IMG/VR virus record: IMGVR_UViG_3300023202_000383 | Span: 62,001-126,000 of that record | Length of the DNA: 64,000 bases | Direction: 5' to 3' (one strand) | Shown: piece after piece, positions 38,860 to 49,385 of the stretch | Position numbering within the stretch: position 1 is the first letter of the stretch | How the letters are laid out: each line of letters begins with the position of its first letter | Made by a program: the position numbers and the translations under genes | Notes under the pieces: model-generated | Databases searched by the model: none | What the model was told of the DNA's origin: nothing | Seen by the model: only the letters and a program-made list of their open reading frames with translations

Positions 38860-41800
38860 TTATCTGTTATAATTAATATTATGTTTTCGGTGCGAGATCA
38901 CTTGTCTCGTATCTATCGGTCTACCACCTAGCTGGTTGGTAAATTTCGCTAGCTCTTGCTCCGGCGTCATTTGGTTATTGTTCATTGTCATCATAGTATA
39001 TGGCATCAATATATTGGGGTCATTTGTGTGCACCAGCTGAGCTTGATGCTGAGCCAAATTCGCTCGCTGCTTGGCTTCCAATACCATATCTTGGTCTTTA
39101 TTCTTGATTGGGATAAGCCCAGCTGCATCTTCTGCTACAGCATCATTAATGGCTACGAAGGCTAGAGCTGCGGCCATAACGAGGTCGTCGTGATTACCTC
39201 GACCTTTTTGCGCCCCAGTTTTACCGGTCTCGAATCCTAGTCTATTTCGTTCTTTGACGTAAATCACTAATTGATCTAACAGTCTTTCACTTCTTATATA
39301 ATATCCGTCACCTTCATTTTCTGATATGCAGATTTTCAACATCTTGTTTAATGTTGCTTTGCCAGATTGGCTAGTTGCAAATCCTATTGGGCCTAGCTGG
39401 TTTGTATTATGCCTCTTTTTCCTCCATAGAGATGGATAAAGCAGATCTTGCATGTCGTCTATAAAGCTGTCACCTATGCCAGTACGTTCTATGCATGCTA
39501 ATGCATTATTGTACCATCTTCCTAAATAATCGACTATTTTAGAGAATGTGTCTGGTCTGACCTTACCCAAGTATTCAGCAACTTGTTCCATCGTGTCTAC
39601 GTCGAATATCTGTATCGCTGAAAAGTCTTGGTTCTTGCCGGTTGCAATATCGACTCCCATTACATAAGTGTGTCCTGGGTTGTCGCTTACTAGTTTGCCG
39701 TTTTTCAGGACAGATTTATCTGGTTTTACTGGTTTTCTCCAGATTCTTAGACCTTCATCTGCTGTGTTTCCTCTAAACTCTAGGTGTTCTTTGTTGCCCG
39801 TTTGCGGATGTATATACTCAACAATATCGGCAGGAATTTCAGGTAGAAACGATTCATCCACCATTTTCATCACTCTAGCTATCGCGGTTGGGCTAAGGAC
39901 TGTACTGCCGCTGCCTATAAACTCAGCGAGAATTTCTTGCCTGAATAGGTGAGATTCACCCTTCTGTTGCATGTCACGGTATTCGCCTTCAAGCCAAGGC
40001 GACCAATATGGTCCGTATTTTTCTATTCTTGCTTTATCGCGGCATTTTTCAATGTCGTCTATTGGAGCAAGCCTTTTTTGCTCTCCGCTTACGTCATCTT
40101 TCCATTCAAGCGCCCAATCCATATCCCACCAATTTATTTCGATGGCATTAAAGTTATTCAAATCTTTCTTTGCGTCAGTCCATGTGCTCCAGTACCAGTT
40201 GCCAAGGCCATTTGGAGTCTGGTGACCTATAAATCCATTATAAGATACTGAATGTGCCCACTTGTCTTCGTTGTTGTCCGGTAGCGAGAAATCATAGACT
40301 TCTTTATTTGAATAATCTACAGATTCTATTTTAGACCAAATTATTTTGTCGTTTATATAATCACCATATTTAGAAACGTCAATATTGTTTTGAGAAGCAA
40401 CATTTAACAGTTTTAAAAGTACCTTTCTGCTTACATTTTTCTTGTGTCGAGCCTTATTGCTCAATACGACATTCAAATTTAACCCATATTTGTGTTTTAG
40501 TGTCCAAGTACCAAATGGCAAATCATCAAATATTTCTTTACATATTTTGTGCCCGTTTGGTATGATATCATAACTAGTGCCACTTCTTGTGCCTTCGCAC
40601 AGCGATCGGTTTTTTTGTTTTCTATCAAATCCAAATTTTATTTCATCAAAAAAGATTGATGAATAATATTTACTGCATTCTATAATATAGGTATCATGAT
40701 TGTGCTGTGATACCTTGGTCTTTTTATTGTTCTTAATATATTCATTTGCTGATTCCGCTGTTCTTATGCGTTGTGTTGTAATTACCCCGAAGTTGTTTAA
40801 TATGATACGTATTTGTTTGGCTAGATCGGCCGATGTTGTTGTATATCCAACTAGCCCATCGCGTTTTCTGCTGTGGCCATCTCCGTCATACATTCCAGAC
40901 AGTAGTGATGCGATGATTTGTTTGCTGCATTGCATCAATCTGTTTGGTATTCGCTTATTCGGCGCATTGGTATGTTCAAATCCTAAATGCAACATTAGTT
41001 CCCACAAATTAGTGGAAAAAATTTGCCAATGGATTCCATCAGTATTTGTCCACGGCAATTTTAGTCTGTCAAGAACGCGAGATATATCATCGCCGCAGGT
41101 TATGGTAATCTTGTGGCTATTGCAATTTTTGGAACTATATACAGACCCCTCGGCAATATACAGGCCGAATAAATAAGCCAAATCTGGTGTGATTTTGGCT
41201 GGGTTAAATGGGTACTTAACGTTTGTTGATGGGTCAAATCCAGTTATGCTAGTGTTGTCACCCCAGCAGTTCATGCCATATTGTGTCGATAACCAATCGC
41301 CTATCTCTAATTCAGACAATGCATACCACCCAAATCCTTTGTTTTGTTTATAGGCATACATTTGATGTGCTAGCGACCCTTCAATTTCGCCATATCGTGT
41401 TGTCAACTTTTTTGTATCTGCCACTCCGCTGTTGTAGAAAAAACCACCTTCTCTTAATTTATTACGACCCAAAACGTTGTATTTGGGAACAGCATATGTG
41501 CCAGATTGTTTGTCGTTTATAAAATTATCGACTAGCGTTGGACCTTGATCAGTTACTACATATGTGCCCTTAGGAACACATGATATGACTATCAGAGCAC
41601 CACCATGCATGAGAGTAGACCTACCGGCAGCCCACATCGCTTCCATGTGCGGCATGAACGCTGCCTCGTCGATGATATTCAATGATGAGGCGTATGATCT
41701 AAGTGTATCTGGCGACGATGTCAGAGATCGTATAGTAGATCCATTGGTGAATCCGAACTGATGCTCGTTATCGATTGGAGTCTGCCATATCTGCTTCATC

Positions 41801-42144
41801 CAATCTGGGAGATTATTATATACAAATTTTACGTTTCTATTTAAGAATTCTTTAGCTTCGAGATCTCTTTTGGAGACTATTAGTATTGTCTTATTGCTAT
41901 GGAACATAGCAAACCATAAACAATATGCCCCAGTAAGCGTAGAGACGCCCGTTTGTCTACATTTTTTAAAAATATTGAATTGGTGATTCCTAAAATCTTC
42001 GAGACACCTTTTTTGATAACTAAATAATTGGAAGTCGAGCAATCCAATGCTCGGGTGTTTGATCTTGCAGAATGTCTGTATAAAGTATGATACTGATTTC
42101 TTACATCTACCAATCAGTATTTTTAGTTTATCTGCGTCTGACAT
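38860..42144 (-). CDS. terL: Terminase large subunit with intein
   Basis: KCRQTGVST Walker A, IIDEAAF Walker B, VIS|TPNG motif III, YVMGVDIATG and HDDLVMA nuclease motifs. Confidence 0.95.
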   Translation of the reverse strand: MSDADKLKILIGRCKKSVSYFIQTFCKIKHPSIGLLDFQLFSYQKRCLEDFRNHQFNIFKKCRQTGVSTLTGAYCLWFAMFHSNKTILIVSKRDLEAKEFLNRNVKFVYNNLPDWMKQIWQTPIDNEHQFGFTNGSTIRSLTSSPDTLRSYASSLNIIDEAAFMPHMEAMWAAGRSTLMHGGALIVISCVPKGTYVVTDQGPTLVDNFINDKQSGTYAVPKYNVLGRNKLREGGFFYNSGVADTKKLTTRYGEIEGSLAHQMYAYKQNKGFGWYALSELEIGDWLSTQYGMNCWGDNTSITGFDPSTNVKYPFNPAKITPDLAYLFGLYIAEGSVYSSKNCNSHKITITCGDDISRVLDRLKLPWTNTDGIHWQIFSTNLWELMLHLGFEHTNAPNKRIPNRLMQCSKQIIASLLSGMYDGDGHSRKRDGLVGYTTTSADLAKQIRIILNNFGVITTQRIRTAESANEYIKNNKKTKVSQHNHDTYIIECSKYYSSIFFDEIKFGFDRKQKNRSLCEGTRSGTSYDIIPNGHKICKEIFDDLPFGTWTLKHKYGLNLNVVLSNKARHKKNVSRKVLLKLLNVASQNNIDVSKYGDYINDKIIWSKIESVDYSNKEVYDFSLPDNNEDKWAHSVSYNGFIGHQTPNGLGNWYWSTWTDAKKDLNNFNAIEINWWDMDWALEWKDDVSGEQKRLAPIDDIEKCRDKARIEKYGPYWSPWLEGEYRDMQQKGESHLFRQEILAEFIGSGSTVLSPTAIARVMKMVDESFLPEIPADIVEYIHPQTGNKEHLEFRGNTADEGLRIWRKPVKPDKSVLKNGKLVSDNPGHTYVMGVDIATGKNQDFSAIQIFDVDTMEQVAEYLGKVRPDTFSKIVDYLGRWYNNALACIERTGIGDSFIDDMQDLLYPSLWRKKRHNTNQLGPIGFATSQSGKATLNKMLKICISENEGDGYYIRSERLLDQLVIYVKERNRLGFETGKTGAQKGRGNHDDLVMAAALAFVAINDAVAEDAAGLIPIKNKDQDMVLEAKQRANLAQHQAQLVHTNDPNILMPYTMMTMNNNQMTPEQELAKFTNQLGGRPIDTRQVISHRKHNINYNR
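40219..41580 (-). mobile_element. Intein with LAGLIDADG endonuclease (454 aa), C-terminal Gln
   Basis: S|CVPKGT, FGLYIAEG, SGMYDGDG, VYDFSL..GFIGHQ|T. Confidence 0.92.
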
Positions 42145-42208
42145 AATTTCTCCATATACTTGTTACTATAGTATATTTTCTATCAAATTTTTGTATAGGA
42201 GAGTCTGT

Positions 42209-42712
42209 ATGCCAGAAAAAGATCCCGAAAAAGATTTGGAATTAGATGATGATTTGATGGACATACTCGATTCTGTGGAAGAAGAGGAGTCGGGTGAAGA
42301 AGTCAAGTCTAAACCCAAAAAAGAAGTCGAAACTATCGAGGCCACTAGCGATTCTGATTCGACTGCAGATGACAGCGGTCCGTCAGAACTTCAGAGAGTA
42401 TTGGATGATTTCGACTCGATTAAGAGAGATTTGCTATATTCGTTCCAGGAAGACAGAGACAAGATACAAAATTTTGTTGATTATTTAGAGAAAGAATTGC
42501 AAAGTGACCCCAAGAGTTATTATGTTGAGGGCATATCTTCTCTCTTGTCAACAAAAGCCAGTATTTCCAGCAACGCCATAAGAGTGCTTGATTCTATTGC
42601 TAAAATTGTATCTGCTTCGAAGAACCATCCTGGAATATCTCAAAGCGAATCGCCTGTTTCGCCGAAAGATTTGGATAAGTACCTTGGAAAGTTTGACGAA
42701 GAAGCGCCATAA
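42209..42712 (+). CDS. Possible terminase small subunit (gp16-like)
   Basis: AGGAG RBS; lies between terL and portal; helical core DFDSIKRDL..SDPKSYYVEGISSLL. Confidence 0.4.
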   Translation: MPEKDPEKDLELDDDLMDILDSVEEEESGEEVKSKPKKEVETIEATSDSDSTADDSGPSELQRVLDDFDSIKRDLLYSFQEDRDKIQNFVDYLEKELQSDPKSYYVEGISSLLSTKASISSNAIRVLDSIAKIVSASKNHPGISQSESPVSPKDLDKYLGKFDEEAP

Positions 42713-42747
42713 TTGTATTTTACAATTGGAAATATTAAGAGAAGCTA

Positions 42748-45738
42748 ATGGCTTGGCAACTATTTGATAGAATTAGAGGGTTTACTAGATCTGCTGGTAT
42801 ATATCAGCAGGACCGCCTGCTTCAAGACCAGCCTTCTATAGATAAGTTAATTTCTGGCAATCAATTTCTAGACTTCAATCAGCAGCAAGCACTTCTAGAC
42901 CAGACCAATCTTCAAATAAATAGACTTGAGCGATACAAAGATTATGACCAGATGGATGAAGTTGGCGAAGCGTCGCTCGCGTTAGACCTATATGCTGATG
43001 AGTCATCGATAGTTGACCCAGAATACAAGCATACTGTCATTATAAAGTCTGCACATTCTTCTGTAAAACATGCTCTTGAAGACCTGTTTCACAATCGAAT
43101 ATTAATAGATAGAATAATCAGGGCGATGGTGCGGTACTTGGTAAAGTACGGCGATGCTCCGTTTGAAATCATACCAACGACTGATAGAGATGGCGTTGCG
43201 ACCATCAAATTCATAAATGTTTATAACTTCACTAGGGTTGAAACGAAGTATGGTGATCTAGTTGGCTTCTTCCATCAAGATGAGATGGCGGCTGAGCCGA
43301 CGTTTCTGCACCCGTGGCAGGTTGTGCATTTTAGGCTTACTGAGTATGGTAATATTTATCACCCTTACGGGCGGTGCGCCGAATTCGGCACTAGGGTTTC
43401 CACGCCATCCGGATATAAGAATATTGAAGATTTTAAACCTGGGGATGATGTATACTGCTTTGCTAACAACAAATTAGTCCCGACTAAGGTGGTTGCTGCA
43501 TGTCATTCTGGCGAGAAGAAAATATTAAAAATTAAGACGCGGCATTTTGAAAATAGATGTAGCGAAAATCATCCAGTAATGGTTCGGCAGTGGAATCTGA
43601 AGCCGTTTAAGTATGGCAAGAAGTGGTTCGCTGATCTTGTCTATAAGAGAGCTGACGAAGTTGAGATTGGCGATGAATTAGTTGTTCCTAGAACACCTGA
43701 ATCTAATAATTATAATATTCTTGGCAATATCGGCAGCATGAACGTTGTCGCTGATGAAAAATTCGCGAGATTATTCGGATTCTTGATTGGCGATGGATGG
43801 TTGATGCGCAGGCATGGCAAAAACACCGGTGTTGAATTTGCTAATGGAGTAGACTCGAATCTTAATAAATATTATGGAGAATTATTGGATAATTATTCTC
43901 CTAATAAGATAAGGTCTTATAAGAAAAATGGGTCTCAAAGCACTTTAGTAGAAGATGCGACACATACATGCTCGAAAGATTTTGCTGATTTCTTAGAGAA
44001 AAAATGTGGATTCATTCAGGGTTCATACAATAAGAGAATCCCGCAGTGGGTATATTCTAGCCCAATGTCGGTCCAGAAGGAATTTATCCGTGGGTTGATT
44101 GATTCGGATGGTAGTAGTAATGTTGACGAATGGAAGTGTGAAAGGCTGCAGCTTGAGCTATCAAATTATGAATTAATAAAAGATGTTAAGATGCTTCTGC
44201 ATAAAATGGGTCTCAAGTGTGGGCAGATTCTAAAAAGAAACCGAGACGAAGACACTACTATAATCCATAGCCAAGAGTATGATAGACTCGATTCGTGGAC
44301 AATATACTTTTATAGATCAGACTTATTTGAAGCTGCTGGAAGACATGTGCAGCATTTAGCTGGTTCTCGTGGGTACAACTCTCGCAAGAAGGAATCTTCT
44401 AAATTTGGCAAAGATGTGATTTTTGAACCAGTAGTGTCTATAGAAGATGGCGGAACAAAGCCAACTGCTGATATTCAAGTTGATCACCCAGCATCAAACT
44501 TCGTTGCTGATGGTGTTGTTGTTCATAATTCTATCTTAGAGGGCGGAAGAAAGGCGTTCAAACAGTTGCGCCTTATGGAAGATGCAGCCCTTATATATAG
44601 AATCACGAGGGCTCCGGAGAAGAGGTTGTTCTCGATACCTGTTGGTAATATTCCAACTAAAGAAGTGCCTGAATATATTCAGGCTATCGCTCGGCAGTTC
44701 AAGAATCAACGATTCTACGATCCAAGGACGGGCGAATTTAACGAGAGGTATTCGCCGCTTATTCAAGAGGATGATTTCTTCTTGCCCAAGCGACCTGATG
44801 GAAGTGGCCCTGCAATTGACATACTCAAAGGTGCAGAGAATCTTGATCAGATAGCCGATATAGACTATTTCAAGAAGAAGATGGTCGCGCCTATGCATAT
44901 CCCATTTAGCAGGGTTGGCATAGGTGAAGGTTCTGGTGAAAATAGCGAGAAGTCTTTGGCATCTGAACATTCTCAATTTGCCAAGGCGGTTCAGTACGTC
45001 CAAAGAGAGATCGCCATAGGCTTACAGAAGGTCGCTATATGCCACCTGGCTATGGCTGGATATACTGCAAAGCAGATTAAAGATTTCTCGATTACGATGA
45101 CCGCCACTAATGCTATCGATGAATTATATAGAATAGAAACATGGTCTGGCAGGACCAGGGTCATGGCCGATCTCAAGGACCTTGGTTGGTTCCCGGACGT
45201 GTGGATTGTCACGAGATTTACGGATCTTAGCCCGGACGAGATTCAAGAACTCAAGACGATGGAGTCTCAGCTTGGAAGTGATGAAGGGGTGGATGAAGAG
45301 GCTCTTGGTCTTGGGGGAGGGGGAGGCGGAGGCGGTGGGATAGATGATCTGCTTGGCGCAGAAGAGGGCGAAGGTCTTGATGAGCTTGAAGGCCTTGAAG
45401 CCGAAGGAGAGGGTGGAGAAGATGGCGAGGCTGAGGATTTAGAGGATCTTGGTCTTGGCGAGAAATCTATGTATAATGCATATAAGGAAAAGAAAGTTCT
45501 GCAAGAACACAAGTTGCAGAGAAAGCGTAGAATAATAAAGGAATTCGTAGAGAAGATAAGAAACATGGGTATGAATAATGGGGGCGAGAAAGCTAATGAG
45601 ACATCTGCCTACGAAAATCTTAGGATGGAGAATGAGTTTGACGGACTAGAATCCAAGTCGAATATTGGTGGAGGTGTTTTAGAAGAAGATATTAAGAGCG
45701 AAGCCAAAGAAGAATATAAGAAAATATTGAGTGAATAA
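42748..45738 (+). CDS. Portal protein (gp20-like) with intein
   Basis: ALDLYADES, PYGR|SILE..KQLRLMEDAALIYRITRAPEKR, EDDFFLP, DIDYFKKK. Confidence 0.95.
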   Translation: MAWQLFDRIRGFTRSAGIYQQDRLLQDQPSIDKLISGNQFLDFNQQQALLDQTNLQINRLERYKDYDQMDEVGEASLALDLYADESSIVDPEYKHTVIIKSAHSSVKHALEDLFHNRILIDRIIRAMVRYLVKYGDAPFEIIPTTDRDGVATIKFINVYNFTRVETKYGDLVGFFHQDEMAAEPTFLHPWQVVHFRLTEYGNIYHPYGRCAEFGTRVSTPSGYKNIEDFKPGDDVYCFANNKLVPTKVVAACHSGEKKILKIKTRHFENRCSENHPVMVRQWNLKPFKYGKKWFADLVYKRADEVEIGDELVVPRTPESNNYNILGNIGSMNVVADEKFARLFGFLIGDGWLMRRHGKNTGVEFANGVDSNLNKYYGELLDNYSPNKIRSYKKNGSQSTLVEDATHTCSKDFADFLEKKCGFIQGSYNKRIPQWVYSSPMSVQKEFIRGLIDSDGSSNVDEWKCERLQLELSNYELIKDVKMLLHKMGLKCGQILKRNRDEDTTIIHSQEYDRLDSWTIYFYRSDLFEAAGRHVQHLAGSRGYNSRKKESSKFGKDVIFEPVVSIEDGGTKPTADIQVDHPASNFVADGVVVHNSILEGGRKAFKQLRLMEDAALIYRITRAPEKRLFSIPVGNIPTKEVPEYIQAIARQFKNQRFYDPRTGEFNERYSPLIQEDDFFLPKRPDGSGPAIDILKGAENLDQIADIDYFKKKMVAPMHIPFSRVGIGEGSGENSEKSLASEHSQFAKAVQYVQREIAIGLQKVAICHLAMAGYTAKQIKDFSITMTATNAIDELYRIETWSGRTRVMADLKDLGWFPDVWIVTRFTDLSPDEIQELKTMESQLGSDEGVDEEALGLGGGGGGGGGIDDLLGAEEGEGLDELEGLEAEGEGGEDGEAEDLEDLGLGEKSMYNAYKEKKVLQEHKLQRKRRIIKEFVEKIRNMGMNNGGEKANETSAYENLRMENEFDGLESKSNIGGGVLEEDIKSEAKEEYKKILSE
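43375..44529 (+). mobile_element. Intein with LAGLIDADG endonuclease (385 aa)
   Basis: R|CAEFGT, CSENHP, FGFLIGDG, RGLIDSDG, NFVADGVVVHN|S. Confidence 0.95.
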
Positions 45739-45821
45739 CGCAATTCCAATATAAATTGGAAATTAATTCCAGACAAAAATATTTACGAGTACATCTTCAT
45801 CCAAATTGTAGGAGTATTATG

Positions 45822-48596
45822 ATGGATAATCGAGATTTTCAGCAATCCGCCATCACGGAATCGGTGGCAATGGATAGCAGGAAATTCTTGTCCGCTATCA
45901 ACAACTCTGCCCAGAGCCAAATAAAGTTTTTTCAAGAAGCTGTTCAAAAGCTCGGCAGTCGTGTAGATTCTGACTGGAATCTTGTAGCTCTCCATTCGGA
46001 CAAGCTTTTCTTTGAAGACCAGGATGGTCGTTTTTATGTGGCCAGCCATTCTAAAGAAAAGGGCGGAAGAATAGAGATCAACGACATTAAGCAGGTTGTC
46101 GTAACAGAAGGCGACAAGGCCCCTGTGTTCGAGTCTGCCTGCAATCAGCTTGTTGACGCTATCGAAGAAGGCAATACTAAGAAGATAGATGCCGCCTTCA
46201 GCAAGATAGCTGCAAATAGGTTTAGGCCAACGGCTGTTCCGAATAGCGGATATGTAAAGACTAAAGACGATATTGTCAGACATGTTGCTATTCACAATCC
46301 TGCAGTTGAGGAAGAAGGCAAGGTTTTTGATCTAGCTGATAGGATCGTCGAATCTATAGACGATAAATACAATATTATAGAAGGATCGGTTTCCGGTTCG
46401 TTCCGTAGCTCTGATTTTGAGCTGCCGATTACGGAATTAACTGTTCGTAGAGTAGTTGCGAACAGTATGAAATCTGTTGCTGAAAATGCGTATAAGAATG
46501 AAAATTTCCAGAAGCTTGTTGAATCAACTGCTGGTTTGATATGCAAAGGAAATGTTGAAAAAGCTGTTGCTCAAGCAGCGGTATTCTTAAAAGAGAACCA
46601 AGAATTTAGTCTTCTCAGCAGCTCTGAGACCAGAGAATTAGTGAACAACACTCTTGCCGCCTGCGGCGTGATGAATGAATCTCTGGTAGATGATACTACT
46701 ACTCTGTTTAGGAAGACGAATCTTAAGGTCAACAGAGGCGACATAGTAGAGGCTTGGAAGAGAACTGCTAAGAGAGCAAGTCATGCTGTTATGTATGAGA
46801 ATGTTCTTGCTCTTGAAGAAGCCGATGACTTCAATAAGACATACGATAAGTTCTTAGGAACTATTTTCGAGAGTGCTGATAGAGCTAAGGCCGTTAAGTG
46901 GGCACTTGGCAAGATCAAGAATGAGGTAGCTGGGGATGAAACCCTGACTGCTGAAATCGAAGAGATGATCGAAAATGTTGACACCGGCAGTGCGCAGGCG
47001 GTCAGCAACGCAGAGAGCTTATTGGCCAGAATATCCGAAGGCTTAAACGACGCTAGCACAGACATAGACAATTATGATGATCTGGGCGGCGAAATGGGCA
47101 TGGAGCCAGAGGATGAGTTTGCTGAGCCTGAGCCTGAACCAGAGGCGGAGCCAGAGACTGGTGATAAGTCTGGCACTACTATCAACATTTATACTGGCGA
47201 TAATGGCGCGGAGGTTAAGGACGATGGGTCAGAGCCTGATCTCGGCCTAGACGATGAGGGTGAAGATGTCGGAGACATAGGCGAGGAAGGTGAAGAACTC
47301 GACCTAGACGATCTACTTGCATCTGAGTCCAAAGATGATGGCGACACTATCGATGAAGATTCGGCTGCTCAAAAGGCGCTGCTTGATGCCATAGAAAATG
47401 GTCTCAACATTTCGGAAGATCTGTCGGAAGGCTTAGACGAAGATGAGGAAGTTGAGCCTTACGCGCTTCCTGAGGGCCTAGAATCTGGGGAGATCAATCA
47501 CGATTATGGCAGCCCAGCGTTAGTTGAAGCTGATGAGAGAGATATCGCAAATGCTAAGAGAGTCCTCTCTAGGGTTGGTGGTGGTGAGCGAGACGATATG
47601 ATGAAAGTCGAGTTCGAGGCCAGGCAAATGGCTGACGAACAAGACATGAACAGGGATGAAACTAACGAATTCGTCGAGTCCGTTCTTGCTGGCTGGTCAG
47701 ATGCCAGGAGAGACGACATCGAAGAGTCGCAATACAAGCAACCATCCAAACTATATACTCCTCGCAGAGGCATGAAGCGTGCTGCTATGCGTGAGGGCGT
47801 CAAGTGGCTTGACCGTGAAGGTACTGGCGTTCTTGGCGAGTATGGTGATGTGAGGTTTGTCCTTGACCACGCAGATCCGCCTGTATTCCTTAGTGAGGAT
47901 GGGCAGATTGAAATAGGTATCCCTGAGCAATATGTTGAGGATGTCTTAAAGCTTGCAGAGATAAAAGAAGGCGATCCGGCAGATGAAGCCGCATTCCTTG
48001 AATGGTTTAATGAGAATGTGGAGCAGCTTCGCTTGAGCGAGTCCTCGGATGATGATGCTCTTGATGAATCGGTTGCTAGGATGAAAGTCGACTCAGCTGG
48101 CAATGCTGAAGTTGAAGTAGACACCGATGGCGGTGCGATACCAGAAATGCCAATGGAGCCAACCGAGCCAGAAATGCTTCCGATCGAAGAGCCTATGGCT
48201 GATTATGATGATGTCGACGACTATACAGATGTAGATGTTGACACTGATGATGCAGCCGCAGTTGGAGTAATGGCCGATTATGATGAGGTCGAAGGCGAGA
48301 ATGACATCGAGCCTCAAGAAGTCGAGATGACCAATTATGCTGGTGATTACGATGAAGAAGAATACGATGAAGAAGAAGCGGGGATGGAAACCCACAAAGA
48401 CATGCCCGATGAAATGGAAGAAGTAGATGCGGGCGATGGTGACGAAGAAGCTGAAATGAAATCTGAGCTTCCAGACTTCATTAAGAAGAAGAAAGAAGAA
48501 AGCAAAGACAAGGGCGATGAGGACGAAGACCCCCATGCCGCAGCTCTAGGACGCAAAAACGGCGACAAGGACGACAAAGAGGGTGATGACGATTAA
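45822..48596 (+). CDS. Large acidic prohead core-like protein
   Basis: Between portal and protease; GGAG RBS; D/E-rich linkers. Confidence 0.6.
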   Translation: MDNRDFQQSAITESVAMDSRKFLSAINNSAQSQIKFFQEAVQKLGSRVDSDWNLVALHSDKLFFEDQDGRFYVASHSKEKGGRIEINDIKQVVVTEGDKAPVFESACNQLVDAIEEGNTKKIDAAFSKIAANRFRPTAVPNSGYVKTKDDIVRHVAIHNPAVEEEGKVFDLADRIVESIDDKYNIIEGSVSGSFRSSDFELPITELTVRRVVANSMKSVAENAYKNENFQKLVESTAGLICKGNVEKAVAQAAVFLKENQEFSLLSSSETRELVNNTLAACGVMNESLVDDTTTLFRKTNLKVNRGDIVEAWKRTAKRASHAVMYENVLALEEADDFNKTYDKFLGTIFESADRAKAVKWALGKIKNEVAGDETLTAEIEEMIENVDTGSAQAVSNAESLLARISEGLNDASTDIDNYDDLGGEMGMEPEDEFAEPEPEPEAEPETGDKSGTTINIYTGDNGAEVKDDGSEPDLGLDDEGEDVGDIGEEGEELDLDDLLASESKDDGDTIDEDSAAQKALLDAIENGLNISEDLSEGLDEDEEVEPYALPEGLESGEINHDYGSPALVEADERDIANAKRVLSRVGGGERDDMMKVEFEARQMADEQDMNRDETNEFVESVLAGWSDARRDDIEESQYKQPSKLYTPRRGMKRAAMREGVKWLDREGTGVLGEYGDVRFVLDHADPPVFLSEDGQIEIGIPEQYVEDVLKLAEIKEGDPADEAAFLEWFNENVEQLRLSESSDDDALDESVARMKVDSAGNAEVEVDTDGGAIPEMPMEPTEPEMLPIEEPMADYDDVDDYTDVDVDTDDAAAVGVMADYDEVEGENDIEPQEVEMTNYAGDYDEEEYDEEEAGMETHKDMPDEMEEVDAGDGDEEAEMKSELPDFIKKKKEESKDKGDEDEDPHAAALGRKNGDKDDKEGDDD

Positions 48597-48625
48597 TCGC
48601 ATCGGTGCTTGAGCGCAGCGGGTGG

Positions 48626-48658
48626 AAGGGCGGGTTAGGAAACTAACCCGCCCTTTTT
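48626..48658 (+). terminator. Rho-independent terminator
   Basis: AAGGGCGGGTTAG-gaaa-CTAACCCGCCCTTTTT. Confidence 0.85.
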
Positions 48659-48688
48659 ATTTGTTCAAATATAAATCAGGAGATTATT

Positions 48689-49372
48689 ATGAATACAGTG
48701 ATTAATAGAGGCGCTATTGCTCAAACTGGCCAGGTTCCTGCTGGCACTCAGTTTATCCAAGACACCTTCCCTCTAAAAATTTTAGAGTCGAAGAGAGACG
48801 TTAATGAGTCAATAGGTGGCAAACCAACCCTAAAGATCACTGGCGTCATCCAAAAGGCTGATGAAGCAAATCAGAATGGTCGTGTTTATCCATATGATGT
48901 TCTGGCAGAAGCTGTAGACAATATTCAAGAAGATTTAGAGACTAGAGCTGTTATCGGAGAATTCGATCATCCAAGTGACGCAAAAATTCATCTGGACAGA
49001 GTTAGTCATATTATGACTAGAGTTTGGATGGAAGGCAAGTACGTTTATGGTGTTGCTGAAGTTTTAGAAGAGATGCCATGTGGTCAAATGCTCGGTGCAT
49101 TGCTTCGTAGTAAAGCTAGAGTTGGCATTTCTTCTAGAGGTGTTGGAGACATGGAGGCCGTCAATGAAGGGGCGGACGGGGAGATGCACCGAGTGCTTCC
49201 CGGTTATTCATTTGTCACTTGGGACATCGTAGGTGAGCCAAGTGTCAAAGAAGCCGTGATGAGCGTGATGGAGAGTCGCAACAGGATTGTAACTAGAGCC
49301 AAGAAGGCGAATATCGATCCATGTGAGGCTTTGGTCACAGAAATTAACAAATGGCTCAGAAGTATCCGATAA
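48689..49372 (+). CDS. Prohead core protease (gp21-like)
   Basis: NQNGRVYP, GEFDHP, VSH, GISSRGVG, WDIVGEPS. Confidence 0.92.
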   Translation: MNTVINRGAIAQTGQVPAGTQFIQDTFPLKILESKRDVNESIGGKPTLKITGVIQKADEANQNGRVYPYDVLAEAVDNIQEDLETRAVIGEFDHPSDAKIHLDRVSHIMTRVWMEGKYVYGVAEVLEEMPCGQMLGALLRSKARVGISSRGVGDMEAVNEGADGEMHRVLPGYSFVTWDIVGEPSVKEAVMSVMESRNRIVTRAKKANIDPCEALVTEINKWLRSIR

Positions 49373-49385
49373 GTATCTAATCTTT

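Noticed and set aside
45241-45460. G-rich Gly/Glu tract in the portal C-terminus
   Set aside because: Ordinary low-complexity coding linker.
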